Source: Minisyncoccia bacterium (GTDB lineage: Bacteria > Patescibacteriota > Minisyncoccia > UBA6257 > JAAZHW01). From it: a stretch of 50,850 bases of DNA. Made by a program: the position numbers and the translations under genes. The notes beneath the pieces are model-generated. The model saw only the letters and a list, made by a program, of their open reading frames with translations, searched no databases and was not told the origin of the DNA. The DNA lies in NCBI GenBank assembly GCA_041550235.1, contig JBFEPE010000004.1, forward strand, positions 1 through 50,850, read 5' to 3'. How positions within the stretch are numbered: the first letter of the stretch is position 1; each line of letters begins with the position of its first letter. This document shows, piece by piece, positions 8,531-18,046 of the stretch.

Positions 8531-9628
8531 TTAAAATAATCTGATTACATCTCTTATTGTGATGAAAATTAACAAGCCAATCATTGCCAAAAAACCACTG
8601 GCATGAAAAATACCCTCTATTTTTGATGAAATAGCTCTTCCCTTTATTTTTTCCAAAAGAGCAAAAAGAATTCTGCTTCCATCAAGAGCAGGAAAAGGAA
8701 TAAGATTAAGGGCCGCTAAATTGATAGACAAAATAGCCAAAAATTGTAGCAAATACCCAATACCTAACTCTACACTTTGACCACCCATCACAGCAATTCC
8801 AACAGGACCCAATAATTGACCGACAACACCACTTTCTCTAAAAAGCCCAGCAATCAAGAAATAGATTGCCTTAAAGGTATTAATAAAAGTAATGCTTGCC
8901 CCTCTTATTCCTCTCCATATTGAATTAAAAAATCCATATTTTGCTATTCCAACCTCGCCAATTGCGACTCCCATTGCTCCCTTGCCATTTGGTGGGTTTT
9001 CTCTCGCTAGCACAGACAACTCTAAATCATCCCCTCCCGGACGACTCACTAATAAACTTATCTTCTCTCCTCTGTGATTATCAACAAAATTCTTAAAGGC
9101 ATCAACTGAAATTGGGCTTTCTAATATGTCATCTCCGACTTTGCTTTGAATGATTATATCGCCCGGCTTCAATCCCGATTCTTCTGCGGGAGAATCATTA
9201 TCTACTGCCAATATGGAAAGTTGAGCATCTTTTATATCAAGTGATTCATCAGAAACTGATGGTAGCCCCACCATAAAGCCAGCGGAAAGAAAAATTGCTC
9301 CTGCTAAAAAATTTATAAACACTCCTGCGAAAAGAATTGAGAATTTCTTATAAAATTTTTGATAGCGAAAATTTTTTGATTTTTCTTCATCTTCTTCGCC
9401 TTCTTTTTTAATATCCTCGCCTAATATTTTTACAAACCCGCCAAAAGGCAAAAGATTGATTGAATAGATTGTTCCCTTCACTTCTTTTTTCCAAATTCTT
9501 GGTGGGTAGCCAATACCAAATTCCTCAACTTTTACTCCAAACCATTTGGCAACAAAAAAGTGTCCTGCTTCATGCAGAAATAATATTATCCCCAAAAATA
9601 TCACAAATATTATTATCTCTATAATCAT
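8531..9628 (-). CDS. rseP: Site-2 protease, M50 family zinc metalloprotease with PDZ domain
   Basis: HEAGHFFVAK (HExxH) in the first TM helix, a central PDZ-like segment, and C-terminal NLIPFPALDGSRI. Confidence 0.85.
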   Translation of the reverse strand: MIIEIIIFVIFLGIILFLHEAGHFFVAKWFGVKVEEFGIGYPPRIWKKEVKGTIYSINLLPFGGFVKILGEDIKKEGEEDEEKSKNFRYQKFYKKFSILFAGVFINFLAGAIFLSAGFMVGLPSVSDESLDIKDAQLSILAVDNDSPAEESGLKPGDIIIQSKVGDDILESPISVDAFKNFVDNHRGEKISLLVSRPGGDDLELSVLARENPPNGKGAMGVAIGEVGIAKYGFFNSIWRGIRGASITFINTFKAIYFLIAGLFRESGVVGQLLGPVGIAVMGGQSVELGIGYLLQFLAILSINLAALNLIPFPALDGSRILFALLEKIKGRAISSKIEGIFHASGFLAMIGLLIFITIRDVIRLF

Positions 9629-9641
9629 ATTTTTTATTTAT

Positions 9642-10472
9642 TTAAAATAATTTTCCATTAACTCCTGATAAGTTATGCCTATTAAAATTATTGGGAATAT
9701 TCAATTTATATTTTTCATCAATAAAACCATCTTTTTTTATTCTATCTTTTATCATTTTAAAATATTCATTATGAATTTCACAAGAAATAAAGTTTCTGTT
9801 TAATTCTTTGCACTTTATTATTTCTGATCCACTTCCACCAAAAAGAATGAAAACCAAATCGTCCTCTTTTGTCGATGCTTTTATAATTTTTTCTACTAAT
9901 TGCAATGGGATTTGACAAGCATGAAATGTTTTGTCTTTTGAAACATTTTTTACTAAATCATAATAAAACCAAGAATAAGGCATTCTGCCCTTGCTACCAT
10001 TTTTTATTCTTTCCAAAATCCTCCTGTCGGTCGGATTTTGATATTCTTCAGCGACTTGGTCTTTGTAAAAATTATTATTTTTTGATTTTACTGCATGAAG
10101 TATTGAGCGATGAGCGGTAGTGAACTTACTTTTACTATGACCGACATTTGTATTATAAACCCAAACATAATCATGAACATTGAAAGAATTGTCGTCCAAA
10201 TATTTAACTCTTAAATGAGCATTTTGCTTCGGATAATTCATTGTGAAAAGATTTCCATCTTCTTTCAAAACCCTCATTGATTCTTTAATAAGATTAATAT
10301 ACCAATTAATATAATTATCCCACTTTGTAGTATAATTCTTGCCAGAATAATTTATCCCAACATTATAATCAGGATCAGCATAAACCATATCAACCGAATT
10401 ATCCGGCAATTCTTTTAAAACCTCTAAAACATCCTTATTAAAAACCTGATTTTTAAAATTATTTATACTCAT
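9642..10472 (-). CDS. DNA methyltransferase, N6-adenine/N4-cytosine beta class (Type II R-M modification subunit)
   Basis: Motif IV-like ADPDYN precedes the motif I-like FGGSGSE at the C-terminus, which is the beta-class order. Overlaps the upstream endonuclease-like ORF by 14 nt. Confidence 0.8.
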   Translation of the reverse strand: MSINNFKNQVFNKDVLEVLKELPDNSVDMVYADPDYNVGINYSGKNYTTKWDNYINWYINLIKESMRVLKEDGNLFTMNYPKQNAHLRVKYLDDNSFNVHDYVWVYNTNVGHSKSKFTTAHRSILHAVKSKNNNFYKDQVAEEYQNPTDRRILERIKNGSKGRMPYSWFYYDLVKNVSKDKTFHACQIPLQLVEKIIKASTKEDDLVFILFGGSGSEIIKCKELNRNFISCEIHNEYFKMIKDRIKKDGFIDEKYKLNIPNNFNRHNLSGVNGKLF

Positions 10473-11295
10473 TTTTATTAATTAATTCATAAGATGCCGA
10501 CTTTAAAAATTTTATAGAAGTCAAATCAAATGGATCAGAAAATCTATATGCCCACAACTTTAAAATATTGTCGCCATCTTTTTTATTTCTAACTAAATAC
10601 ACACATTTAATATTTTTTATCCCCCCATTTATTTCTGGTTTTTGTTTAGCATTAAAATAGTACAAAAAAGGATGATATAGTTGATAAATATTAAAATTTT
10701 CTGCTGACCCATTTTTTGCTTCAAAAATTCCTACATCTCCTCCAAATTCAATAGTTAAATCAATTTCAATTTGTATTTTTTCTAAATCAACATCTATATT
10801 GTCGCCTATTTTATATTGAAAATGAGTTTTGGTGCGATGAGGAAAATATGTTTTCGGTCTTTTTACTATATCAACATCATTAAATTCTTTATCCTCGCCA
10901 AATAAAAAATGGTGTAATATTCTTTGATTATTCGCGACAGACAATAAATTGGATTCGCTGGAATTATATTGATTGAGAAGCGATTTTCTATAAGGCCACT
11001 CTATTTCTTCTTCAATATCCTCAAAAGAATGGTAAATCTTATCTATCCCCTTAATAAATCTATGCCTACCATTTCCGAGGTGGATTAAGGCATAATCATT
11101 TTTTAACAAAATATCAGGTAATTTTCTTTTGTCGTCTAATTTTGTGGCATCAAAATGGTTCTGAAATCCTATTTTTTTTGAAATATCTTTGAGTAAATTA
11201 TTATCAAAAACAAAGTCATTATTTTTCTGACATATTTTGAAAACTTTTTCTAGCACCTTCTTTTTATTGCCTTGTTTGTTTGTTTTTTTAGCCAT
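10459..11295 (-). CDS. Putative Type II restriction endonuclease (PD-(D/E)XK-like)
   Basis: Translationally coupled to the methyltransferase. IEIDLTIEFGGDVGIFEAK fits D...ExK. No other assignment. Confidence 0.5.
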   Translation of the reverse strand: MAKKTNKQGNKKKVLEKVFKICQKNNDFVFDNNLLKDISKKIGFQNHFDATKLDDKRKLPDILLKNDYALIHLGNGRHRFIKGIDKIYHSFEDIEEEIEWPYRKSLLNQYNSSESNLLSVANNQRILHHFLFGEDKEFNDVDIVKRPKTYFPHRTKTHFQYKIGDNIDVDLEKIQIEIDLTIEFGGDVGIFEAKNGSAENFNIYQLYHPFLYYFNAKQKPEINGGIKNIKCVYLVRNKKDGDNILKLWAYRFSDPFDLTSIKFLKSASYELINKNEYK

Positions 11296-11304
11296 ATTTA
11301 AAAC

Positions 11305-11856
11305 CTATTGACTTAACTCACCTTCCTTTGCCTTGACCAACTCATCAATTTTTTTGTTAAAATTATCAATCTCTTTTTGGATATCATCTTGAATCTTGAA
11401 CTTATCATCCTCCCCTATTTCCTTTGAATCAAATATTTTCTGAACTTCTTTTCTTGCATCGTCTCTCAATCTTCTTGAATGGACTTTTGACTCCTCAGAT
11501 TTCTTATGAGCCAATTTAACTAATTCCTGTCGCCTCTCAGCAGATAATGTTGGCAATATAACTCTAATATGAGAGCCCTCGTTGGCAGTACTCACCCCTA
11601 AATTAGCGGAGATAATTGCATTTTCACAAGCAGGCAACGAACTCTTATCCCATGGCTGAACTAATAAGGAATTTGGCTGATTCACTGAAATTGTTGCCAT
11701 TTGTTTTAAGGGCATTAATGAGCCCGAATAATCAACTTTGATATTTTCTAATAAGCCAGAATGAGGCCTATTAGACCTTATGCCTGACATTTCTTCTTGG
11801 AAAAATGATAAGATTTTCTCAATCTCATCTTTTAAATTTGTTATTATTTGATGCAT
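11305..11856 (-). CDS. frr: Ribosome recycling factor
   Basis: 183 aa; IRVILPTLSAERRQELVKLAHKKSEESKVHSRRLRDDARKE is typical of RRF. Confidence 0.95.
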   Translation of the reverse strand: MHQIITNLKDEIEKILSFFQEEMSGIRSNRPHSGLLENIKVDYSGSLMPLKQMATISVNQPNSLLVQPWDKSSLPACENAIISANLGVSTANEGSHIRVILPTLSAERRQELVKLAHKKSEESKVHSRRLRDDARKEVQKIFDSKEIGEDDKFKIQDDIQKEIDNFNKKIDELVKAKEGELSQ

Positions 11857-11888
11857 ATTTTTTATATTTTTGAATTACGAAAGGGTCC

Positions 11889-11917
11889 ATCCCTCCCCGC
11901 CACAGGCGGGGAGGGAT
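11889..11917. repeat. GC-core perfect palindrome (13-bp arms)
   Basis: ATCCCTCCCCGCC-aca-GGCGGGGAGGGAT. Confidence 0.9.
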
Positions 11918-12115
11918 AATCTTTATTATCTTATTTAGCATTCCGCAACTCAAAATATATCTTAATTATTAAAAATAATAGCAAGGAAATATAATTTCTC
12001 TTGCCCTTATTATATACCAAAATCAAAAAATTCAAAAAAAATTTTTTTAAATAAAAAAGGCAGGGATATCTCATCCCCGCTTTTTGCCTTCTTCTTTGTG
12101 CAAGGGGGCAATTAA

Positions 12116-12526
12116 TTACTCAACCCACACAATCTCAATGTGGGGGATTCTGGTTATTGATCCGGTATTAACCACCCTGTAAATCAGGGTGAATTTGCCA
12201 TCCTTGTCCCACATTTTTTTAATCATTTGGGAATTGAGATTTGTAGGAAAAACAAATCTTGATTCTACCGACTTTCCTTCGCCTCCAAATGTCTGATATT
12301 CCCAAGACATTCTCTCTGTCAGACAGAGCATTCCGTCTTTAACATCTGGTTTTGAAGACAACTCCGCCATGACAGAGCATTGAATCTTGCCATTTGGCAG
12401 GTCTCTTATCGCTTCTTTTTGGTAGAAAAGAGCAACAATAATTAACATTACCACAACACCTATTATTATTGATAGGTTAAAGATGATGGACAGACCATCT
12501 TTCAAAGAATCCCAAAACTTACTCAT
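12116..12526 (-). CDS. Membrane-anchored hypothetical protein
   Basis: Start set at MSKFWD, preceded by AAAGGAGGAAGGGAA. One N-terminal TM helix. The long ORF-track version lacks an RBS. Confidence 0.55.
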   Translation of the reverse strand: MSKFWDSLKDGLSIIFNLSIIIGVVVMLIIVALFYQKEAIRDLPNGKIQCSVMAELSSKPDVKDGMLCLTERMSWEYQTFGGEGKSVESRFVFPTNLNSQMIKKMWDKDGKFTLIYRVVNTGSITRIPHIEIVWVE

Positions 12527-12610
12527 TTCCCTTCCTCCTTTTTTCTTTACTTCTTTTATATTTTTTAAATTTTTAACTCGGACTATAACCACCACTTGAA
12601 GTCCGAGGGT

Positions 12611-12639
12611 ATTATATCACATATTTATAAAAATGTCAA
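12611..12639 (-). promoter_or_regulatory. Sigma70-type promoter with extended -10
   Basis: Minus strand TTGACA-N17-TATAAT with TGTGA before the -10. The leader contains hairpin CTCGGACT-15 nt-AGTCCGAG (12573-12603). Confidence 0.55.
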
Positions 12640-12695
12640 TACTCCTGCTAAAAGCGGGTGGAGTAGATATTGAAAATTATTTATTTATTCAAGAA

Positions 12696-13901
12696 TCAAA
12701 TGATTTGCCTGCGAATGCTGGGGGATATTTTGCATAGAATCTCGTAGGGGATTGTTTCGCATATCTTTGCGACATTAAGAATGGAATTTGCTTGATTAAT
12801 ATCATCAGAAAAAATCTCCACCTCATCTTCTATATTTATATTTTCAATATCTGAAATATCAACTGCCATTAAATTCATACTTATCTTTCCTAATATTCTC
12901 AATAAATTATTATTGAATCTAACAAGGCCCGAATTACTTGAACGAATTGGCACCCCTTCAAAATATCCGCAAGGAAGAATCGCCACCCTCAAATCATCCT
13001 TCGCCTTAAAAACAAATCCATAACCTATCCCCTCCCCCTTCTTTAAATTCTTAATATTTATAATTTTTGCCCTCCATGATAAGACTGGCTTTAAATCCAA
13101 AAAATCTGGCGAAAAAGAAAGAGCAGATATTTCATCCTTATTTTTATTAAAAATTTGTGGATTAAATCCATACAATCCAATACCTAATCTTATCAGATTC
13201 CCCTCTGATTCTCCCAAATACTTTGTTCCTGCTGTGGCAGAAAAACTGAATATCCCATCTTGCGAAACAACTTTTTTATATATCGCCATTGCCTCTCGCC
13301 ATTTCTTTAATTGAACCAATGATGAGATTGATTTTTCATTATCAGCATCTGCTAAATGAGTGATCATTCCTTTTATTTTTATATTATTATTTTCTTTCAA
13401 TAGGCAAACCGCAGGGGATAATTCACCTATCATCATTCCTTGTCTTCTCATTCCTGTATCTATTTTTAATAAGACATCTAAAGAAAAATCTATTTTCTTG
13501 CTTAATATCTCTGCCTGCTCTAATGAATTTACCACTAAAATTATTTTCTTTAATTTTTTTAATTCAAATAAGAGTGCTGTTGGAACATACCCTAATATTA
13601 TTATTTCCTTCTTAATCCCCCACCCTCTTAATAATTTTGCCTCTATTAAATTATCAACAATAAAGTGGCTAATGTCATTATTGCTATCCAATAATTCGCC
13701 TATTTCCCTTAATCCATGCCCATAAGCATTGCCCTTTAAGACGGCTGATAGATTATGATTTGGAAATTTATCTTTGAATTGAGCGATATTAGAAATTAGG
13801 TTTTGAGAATTTAATTCTATTCTTAATAAGTGATTGGCTGGATTATTATTCTTATTATTAAATTTTTCTTTATATTTTCTTAATATATTTAAAATCCGCA
13901 T
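12696..13901 (-). CDS. alr: Alanine racemase
   Basis: PLP-lysine motif AVLKGNAYGHG; length is typical; ends with TGA. Confidence 0.9.
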   Translation of the reverse strand: MRILNILRKYKEKFNNKNNNPANHLLRIELNSQNLISNIAQFKDKFPNHNLSAVLKGNAYGHGLREIGELLDSNNDISHFIVDNLIEAKLLRGWGIKKEIIILGYVPTALLFELKKLKKIILVVNSLEQAEILSKKIDFSLDVLLKIDTGMRRQGMMIGELSPAVCLLKENNNIKIKGMITHLADADNEKSISSLVQLKKWREAMAIYKKVVSQDGIFSFSATAGTKYLGESEGNLIRLGIGLYGFNPQIFNKNKDEISALSFSPDFLDLKPVLSWRAKIINIKNLKKGEGIGYGFVFKAKDDLRVAILPCGYFEGVPIRSSNSGLVRFNNNLLRILGKISMNLMAVDISDIENINIEDEVEIFSDDINQANSILNVAKICETIPYEILCKISPSIRRQII

Positions 13902-14000
13902 ATTTATAATTCTATCAGATATTTATTTATTTTATAGATGAATCCCCCGCCTTTTTAATATATATAATTTCTGTTAAGATAAAAGAATAAAAACAAATAT

Positions 14001-14363
14001 ATGTATCTTGAGGAAATAAAATTTGAAGAAATAAAAAATCTTGATATTGAAGATATTGATAAAATAGTAGTTGAAGAGGGAAGATGGGCGATTATAATCA
14101 TAAAAGAATGTTGTAAAAATATTGGTCTAGTTGGAATTATAAAAGATAAATTTTTTCAAATCATAATAAAAGAGGAATTTAGAGGGAGGGATTATTTAAG
14201 AAAGATAATTGATTTGATAATCACTGAGTGGAATTTAAATGAATTGTATGCAACAATAGATAGAAATAATTTAAGAAGTATGAGGGCATTTGCCAAATTG
14301 GATTATGGGCAAGTATTTGAAGGAAAAATACCAAAAAACAGTGTAAGATTAAAGATTAAATAA
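14001..14363 (+). CDS. Small GNAT-like acetyltransferase domain protein
   Basis: C-terminal NNLRSMRAFAKLDY resembles the GNAT motif B region; weak. Confidence 0.4.
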   Translation: MYLEEIKFEEIKNLDIEDIDKIVVEEGRWAIIIIKECCKNIGLVGIIKDKFFQIIIKEEFRGRDYLRKIIDLIITEWNLNELYATIDRNNLRSMRAFAKLDYGQVFEGKIPKNSVRLKIK

Positions 14364-14372
14364 TCATCACAC

Positions 14373-14401
14373 ATACCCCCGCCCCTTCGGGGCGGGGGTA
14401 T
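14373..14401. repeat. GC-core perfect palindrome (13-bp arms)
   Basis: ATACCCCCGCCCC-ttc-GGGGCGGGGGTAT. The core is the reverse complement of the cores at 7311 and 49716. Confidence 0.9.
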
Positions 14402-14513
14402 TATTAAATTATTTTTTTAATAATAAGAGGGTTTAAAGCCATTCTATAGAAATAAAATATTCTTGAAATAAAAAAGGGGCGGGCGACTGAATTGCCCGAC
14501 CACTTTTATTTTT

Positions 14514-15320
14514 TCATGCTCCCAATATCTTCGCTGCATTTCTGAAAAAAATATTTTCCCAATCTTCTTCGGACAAATCCAATTCCTTATATTTATTAAA
14601 ACAAAATGGATTTTTAATGAATGGGGCATCTGATCCCCAAATCAACCTTGAACCAACAATATCAATTGCCATTTTCAATATTTCCATATCCTCTATTGCT
14701 GATATGTCAAAAAATATTGTTGAATATTCTTTCAGGGCAGTGAGAGTTTCTTTTACTTGACCCAACCTTGGTTTGAAATTATTGTTCTCTGGAAAGTCGG
14801 CACCTAAGTGAGCTAAGATTATTAACAAATTTGGTGTGTCCTTCATGATGTCTTTTTTAATTCTATCAACCCTATTTTCTCCACCATGAAGAATTAACGG
14901 CAAGCCATATTTTTCTAAAACCTCATAAGACTTCTTAAATCCTTGATAAAAACATGGTTTTCCGTCTTTCCCCCGATATACTTTTTGTAAATAGTCATGC
15001 TCTTTAAAACCCCTTGCTCCTGCTCCTATCCAATATTTCGGTTTATCGTCTATTATCGTAAATGGTATTAGATTTGGGTTGTTTTTAGCAAGAGAGATAA
15101 CACCCTCATTTGCTTTATTAATATTAACATGTCCGGATGCGGGAATTGGAAATATCACCGAATGACTAATCCCAGCAATATTCATATTGCTTAAAACATC
15201 TCGCCCATCATGATTAACTCCACAATGCCTGACAATATAATCACTGCCATCAATTTTTGACGAGTTCCAATTTGTTTGATGAATATGGTGGTGGATATCA
15301 ATTATTTGCTTGTCTTTCAT
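14514..15320 (-). CDS. Amidohydrolase-family (TIM-barrel metal-dependent hydrolase) protein
   Basis: IDIHHHIH at the N-terminus, then ILHGG, AHLG and WGSDAPF. Confidence 0.7.
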   Translation of the reverse strand: MKDKQIIDIHHHIHQTNWNSSKIDGSDYIVRHCGVNHDGRDVLSNMNIAGISHSVIFPIPASGHVNINKANEGVISLAKNNPNLIPFTIIDDKPKYWIGAGARGFKEHDYLQKVYRGKDGKPCFYQGFKKSYEVLEKYGLPLILHGGENRVDRIKKDIMKDTPNLLIILAHLGADFPENNNFKPRLGQVKETLTALKEYSTIFFDISAIEDMEILKMAIDIVGSRLIWGSDAPFIKNPFCFNKYKELDLSEEDWENIFFRNAAKILGA

Positions 15321-15453
15321 TTTAACACCTCCCTTTTTTTAATTTTTAATGTTATTTTAGATTTAAATTAATTCTTATAAATCTTAACAAATCATATCAT
15401 ATATCAAATATAATGTCAAGTAGCAACTAATAATTCTGATATAATACCTCTAT

Positions 15454-15936
15454 ATGATAGCGACGATTCACTTAATAACTGGGGCGATGATTGGGAAAAA
15501 AATACCATCGCCAATCGCGGCATGGATATTATCTTTTTTTTCTCACTTTCTACTTGATGCAATTCCTCATAGCGAATATAGTTCAGGAAGATATTGGATA
15601 ATACTATTGATTGCAGATATTTCTATTGGATTATTAGCAGTTTTTTGGTTGATGAGAAATGAGCCTAAGAAAAATAAGATAATCATTTTGATTTCCTCTC
15701 TATTATCTACCCTGCCAGATTTCCTTAATTTTGCCTACCTTCTATTTCTCCCTCAGATTTCTTCTTTGCCAACAATAGGAGATTTTCTCGCTTCATTATC
15801 AGAAAGATTTTATGAATTTCATTTATTCCCTCATGCCGACTCACCATTCAATTTCTTAACCGGAACCATAAATCAAATTCTATTCCTAATCCTAGCCTTC
15901 TACCTTTTCGTCAAAAATCCGAATTTAAAACAGTAA
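15454..15936 (+). CDS. Polytopic membrane protein, YdjM/DUF457-like
   Basis: Four or more TM helices; the HFLLDAIPH motif is typical of membrane-bound metal-dependent hydrolase-like proteins. Confidence 0.45.
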   Translation: MIATIHLITGAMIGKKIPSPIAAWILSFFSHFLLDAIPHSEYSSGRYWIILLIADISIGLLAVFWLMRNEPKKNKIIILISSLLSTLPDFLNFAYLLFLPQISSLPTIGDFLASLSERFYEFHLFPHADSPFNFLTGTINQILFLILAFYLFVKNPNLKQ

Positions 15937-15952
15937 TGGATTGTTTTTTCTT

Positions 15953-16035
15953 TTATTCTGTCATCAAGGGTTGGGCTATTTTTTTAAGAGTATAGTCTAA
16001 TGTCATTACCCCTGAATCTTTCCTCATTGATTTCA
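15953..16035 (-). pseudogene. Relic of a methyltransferase 5' end, paralogous to ORF 2981-3754
   Basis: 15990-16009 is identical to 3657-3676 (gtatagtctaatgtcattac), with weaker flanking similarity. It translates to VMTLDYTLKK versus VMTLDYTLEK in the intact gene and is truncated after 24 codons. Confidence 0.4.
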
Positions 16036-16116
16036 GGTTTTATTTCCAAAATGATGATTTTTCTGCTATTATATTGGTGTGATTATATCATATATTTTGA
16101 TGAATAATGAGAATGC

Positions 16117-16173
16117 ATCACACCCCCCGCCGAAGGTGGCACATCCGCCTCTGGCGGGCGGGGGGGGTGTGAT
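16117..16173. repeat. Nested GC-rich element: outer palindrome ATCACACCCCCC/GGGGGGTGTGAT enclosing a 28-nt module
   Basis: The inner module at 16134-16161 is identical to 19176-19203. Confidence 0.85.
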
Positions 16174-16210
16174 GATGATATTATTTCAACACTATTTATT
16201 ATAAACAAAC

Positions 16211-17302
16211 ATGTCATTAGCAATATATAGAAAATATCGTCCTCAAAAATTTGATGATGTAGTTGGTCAAAAGCCAATCATACAAATTATTCAAAACTCA
16301 TTAAAATTAGGCAGGATATCCCATGCCTATCTTTTGGTTGGGCAAAGAGGGACAGGCAAAACAACTATCGCCCGACTATTATCAAAAGCAATCAATTGCT
16401 TAGACTCAAAAGATTTAAGTGAGCCATGTGGAGAATGTCAAAATTGTCGCGAGATACAAAATAATCAATTCCTTGATTTAGTAGAAATAGACGGAGCATC
16501 CAATAGGGGTATAGACGAAATAAGGGATTTGAAAGAAGGAATAAAGTTTTCACCAGTCAAGGGGAAATATAAAATATTTATAATTGACGAAGTTCATATG
16601 CTCACGAAAGAGGCATTTAATGCTCTTTTAAAAACATTGGAGGAGCCACCCGCTCATGCCATTTTTATATTAGCAACAACTGAGCCACAAAAACTGCCTG
16701 AAACAATAATTTCCCGAACTCAAAGATTTGATTTTAAGAGAATTTCTGCTGATGATATCACTGACAGATTGATGAAAATCGCTGAGTTGGAAAAAGTCAA
16801 AATGGGTTCTGATGTGGCAAGAGAAATAGCCATTTTGGCTGAGGGTAGCTTAAGAGATGCGGAATCAAATTTAGATCAATTAATTTCTCTCGGGCATAAA
16901 GAGATAACGAGTGAAATTTTAGAGCAAATTTTAGGAAGAGTTAATTTTGAATCAATTATGGAATTTTGCTCTCTCTTGTCTGAAAAAGAAACAAAAAAAG
17001 CAATTGATAAGGTGGGTCAATTTCAAAATATGGGAGTGGATATGATGGTTTTATCGGTTCAAATATTAAATATTATTAGACAAATTATTTTATTAAAAAT
17101 CTCGCCGGAGACAGAGGAAATTTTTGCTAAAGAATTATCTGATAATCAATTAGAGAAAATCAAGGAAATTTCTAATAAATTTGAGGTTTCTCATTTGAAA
17201 AAGTTGTTGGATTTATTTATTAAGGCAAAAGAAATGATTAAGAATTCCCCCATCCCCACCCTCCCCCTTGAGATAATAATCATTGAAAATCATAATTTTT
17301 AG
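16211..17302 (+). CDS. dnaX: DNA polymerase III subunit gamma/tau (short form)
   Basis: YRPQKFDDVVGQ, Walker A GQRGTGKTT, zinc module CGECQNC, FIIDEVHML and SRTQRF. Confidence 0.9.
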   Translation: MSLAIYRKYRPQKFDDVVGQKPIIQIIQNSLKLGRISHAYLLVGQRGTGKTTIARLLSKAINCLDSKDLSEPCGECQNCREIQNNQFLDLVEIDGASNRGIDEIRDLKEGIKFSPVKGKYKIFIIDEVHMLTKEAFNALLKTLEEPPAHAIFILATTEPQKLPETIISRTQRFDFKRISADDITDRLMKIAELEKVKMGSDVAREIAILAEGSLRDAESNLDQLISLGHKEITSEILEQILGRVNFESIMEFCSLLSEKETKKAIDKVGQFQNMGVDMMVLSVQILNIIRQIILLKISPETEEIFAKELSDNQLEKIKEISNKFEVSHLKKLLDLFIKAKEMIKNSPIPTLPLEIIIIENHNF

Positions 17303-17339
17303 TGTAGGTAGATAGATGTTTAAAGTTTAGGATGATACA

Positions 17340-17365
17340 ATACCCCCGCCTTCGGCGGGGGGTAT
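17340..17365. repeat. GC-core palindrome
   Basis: ATACCCCCGCC-ttc-GGCGGGGGGTAT (one extra G). Confidence 0.85.
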
Positions 17366-17396
17366 GAGCAATAATAAATAATCATAATTTATAATC

Positions 17397-17999
17397 ATGG
17401 ATAAAAATAGGGATGAATTATTGAAAAAAATAAAGGATGAAATTCTTGATTTGAAAGAGTCGCCTCTTTATGAGGAGAGAATTAATAGCAAATCATTTCC
17501 AGTGATTGGAGAAGGCAATCACTTTGCTGAAATAATGCTTATTGGCGAAGCGCCGGGGAAAAATGAGGCAAAAACAGGAAGACCTTTTTGTGGGCAATCT
17601 GGAAAAATACTGGACGAACTATTAAAAGGAATTTCTATGGACAGAAAGGATGTATATATTACAAATATCGTAAAGGACCGACCACCATCAAATCGCGACC
17701 CCAATTCAGAGGAGATTTCCATATACTCTCCTTTTTTAGATAGGCAAATAAATATTATCCAACCAAAAATTATTGCCACATTAGGAAGATACTCAATGAA
17801 GTATATTTTGGATAAATTTTGGGTTGAATCATCCTCCCCCATCAGTGAAGTTCATGGAAAGATTTTTGAGGGAGAAGCAGAATATGGAACAATTAAAATA
17901 ATTCCTCTATATCATCCCGCCGTCGCCCTTTATAATAGGAAAAATCTGAATACAATGATTGATGATTTTAAGATTTTAAGAAAGTACAGACATATTTAA
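17397..17999 (+). CDS. Uracil-DNA glycosylase, family 4-like
   Basis: [20 protein letters not shown], and HPA near the C-terminus. Confidence 0.8.
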   Translation: MDKNRDELLKKIKDEILDLKESPLYEERINSKSFPVIGEGNHFAEIMLIGEAPGKNEAKTGRPFCGQSGKILDELLKGISMDRKDVYITNIVKDRPPSNRDPNSEEISIYSPFLDRQINIIQPKIIATLGRYSMKYILDKFWVESSSPISEVHGKIFEGEAEYGTIKIIPLYHPAVALYNRKNLNTMIDDFKILRKYRHI

Positions 18000-18046
18000 G
18001 GCCCTTCCTCTTGATTTTTGATAGATATAATATAATATATCAATAT

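Noticed and set aside
16083-16277. 64-aa minus-strand ORF, and the idea that the GC-rich block upstream of dnaX is the SRP (4.5S) RNA
   Set aside because: The ORF merely spans the nested GC palindrome and overlaps the dnaX start. The block lacks the conserved SRP domain IV motifs and shares a 28-mer with another intergenic element, so it belongs to the repeat family.
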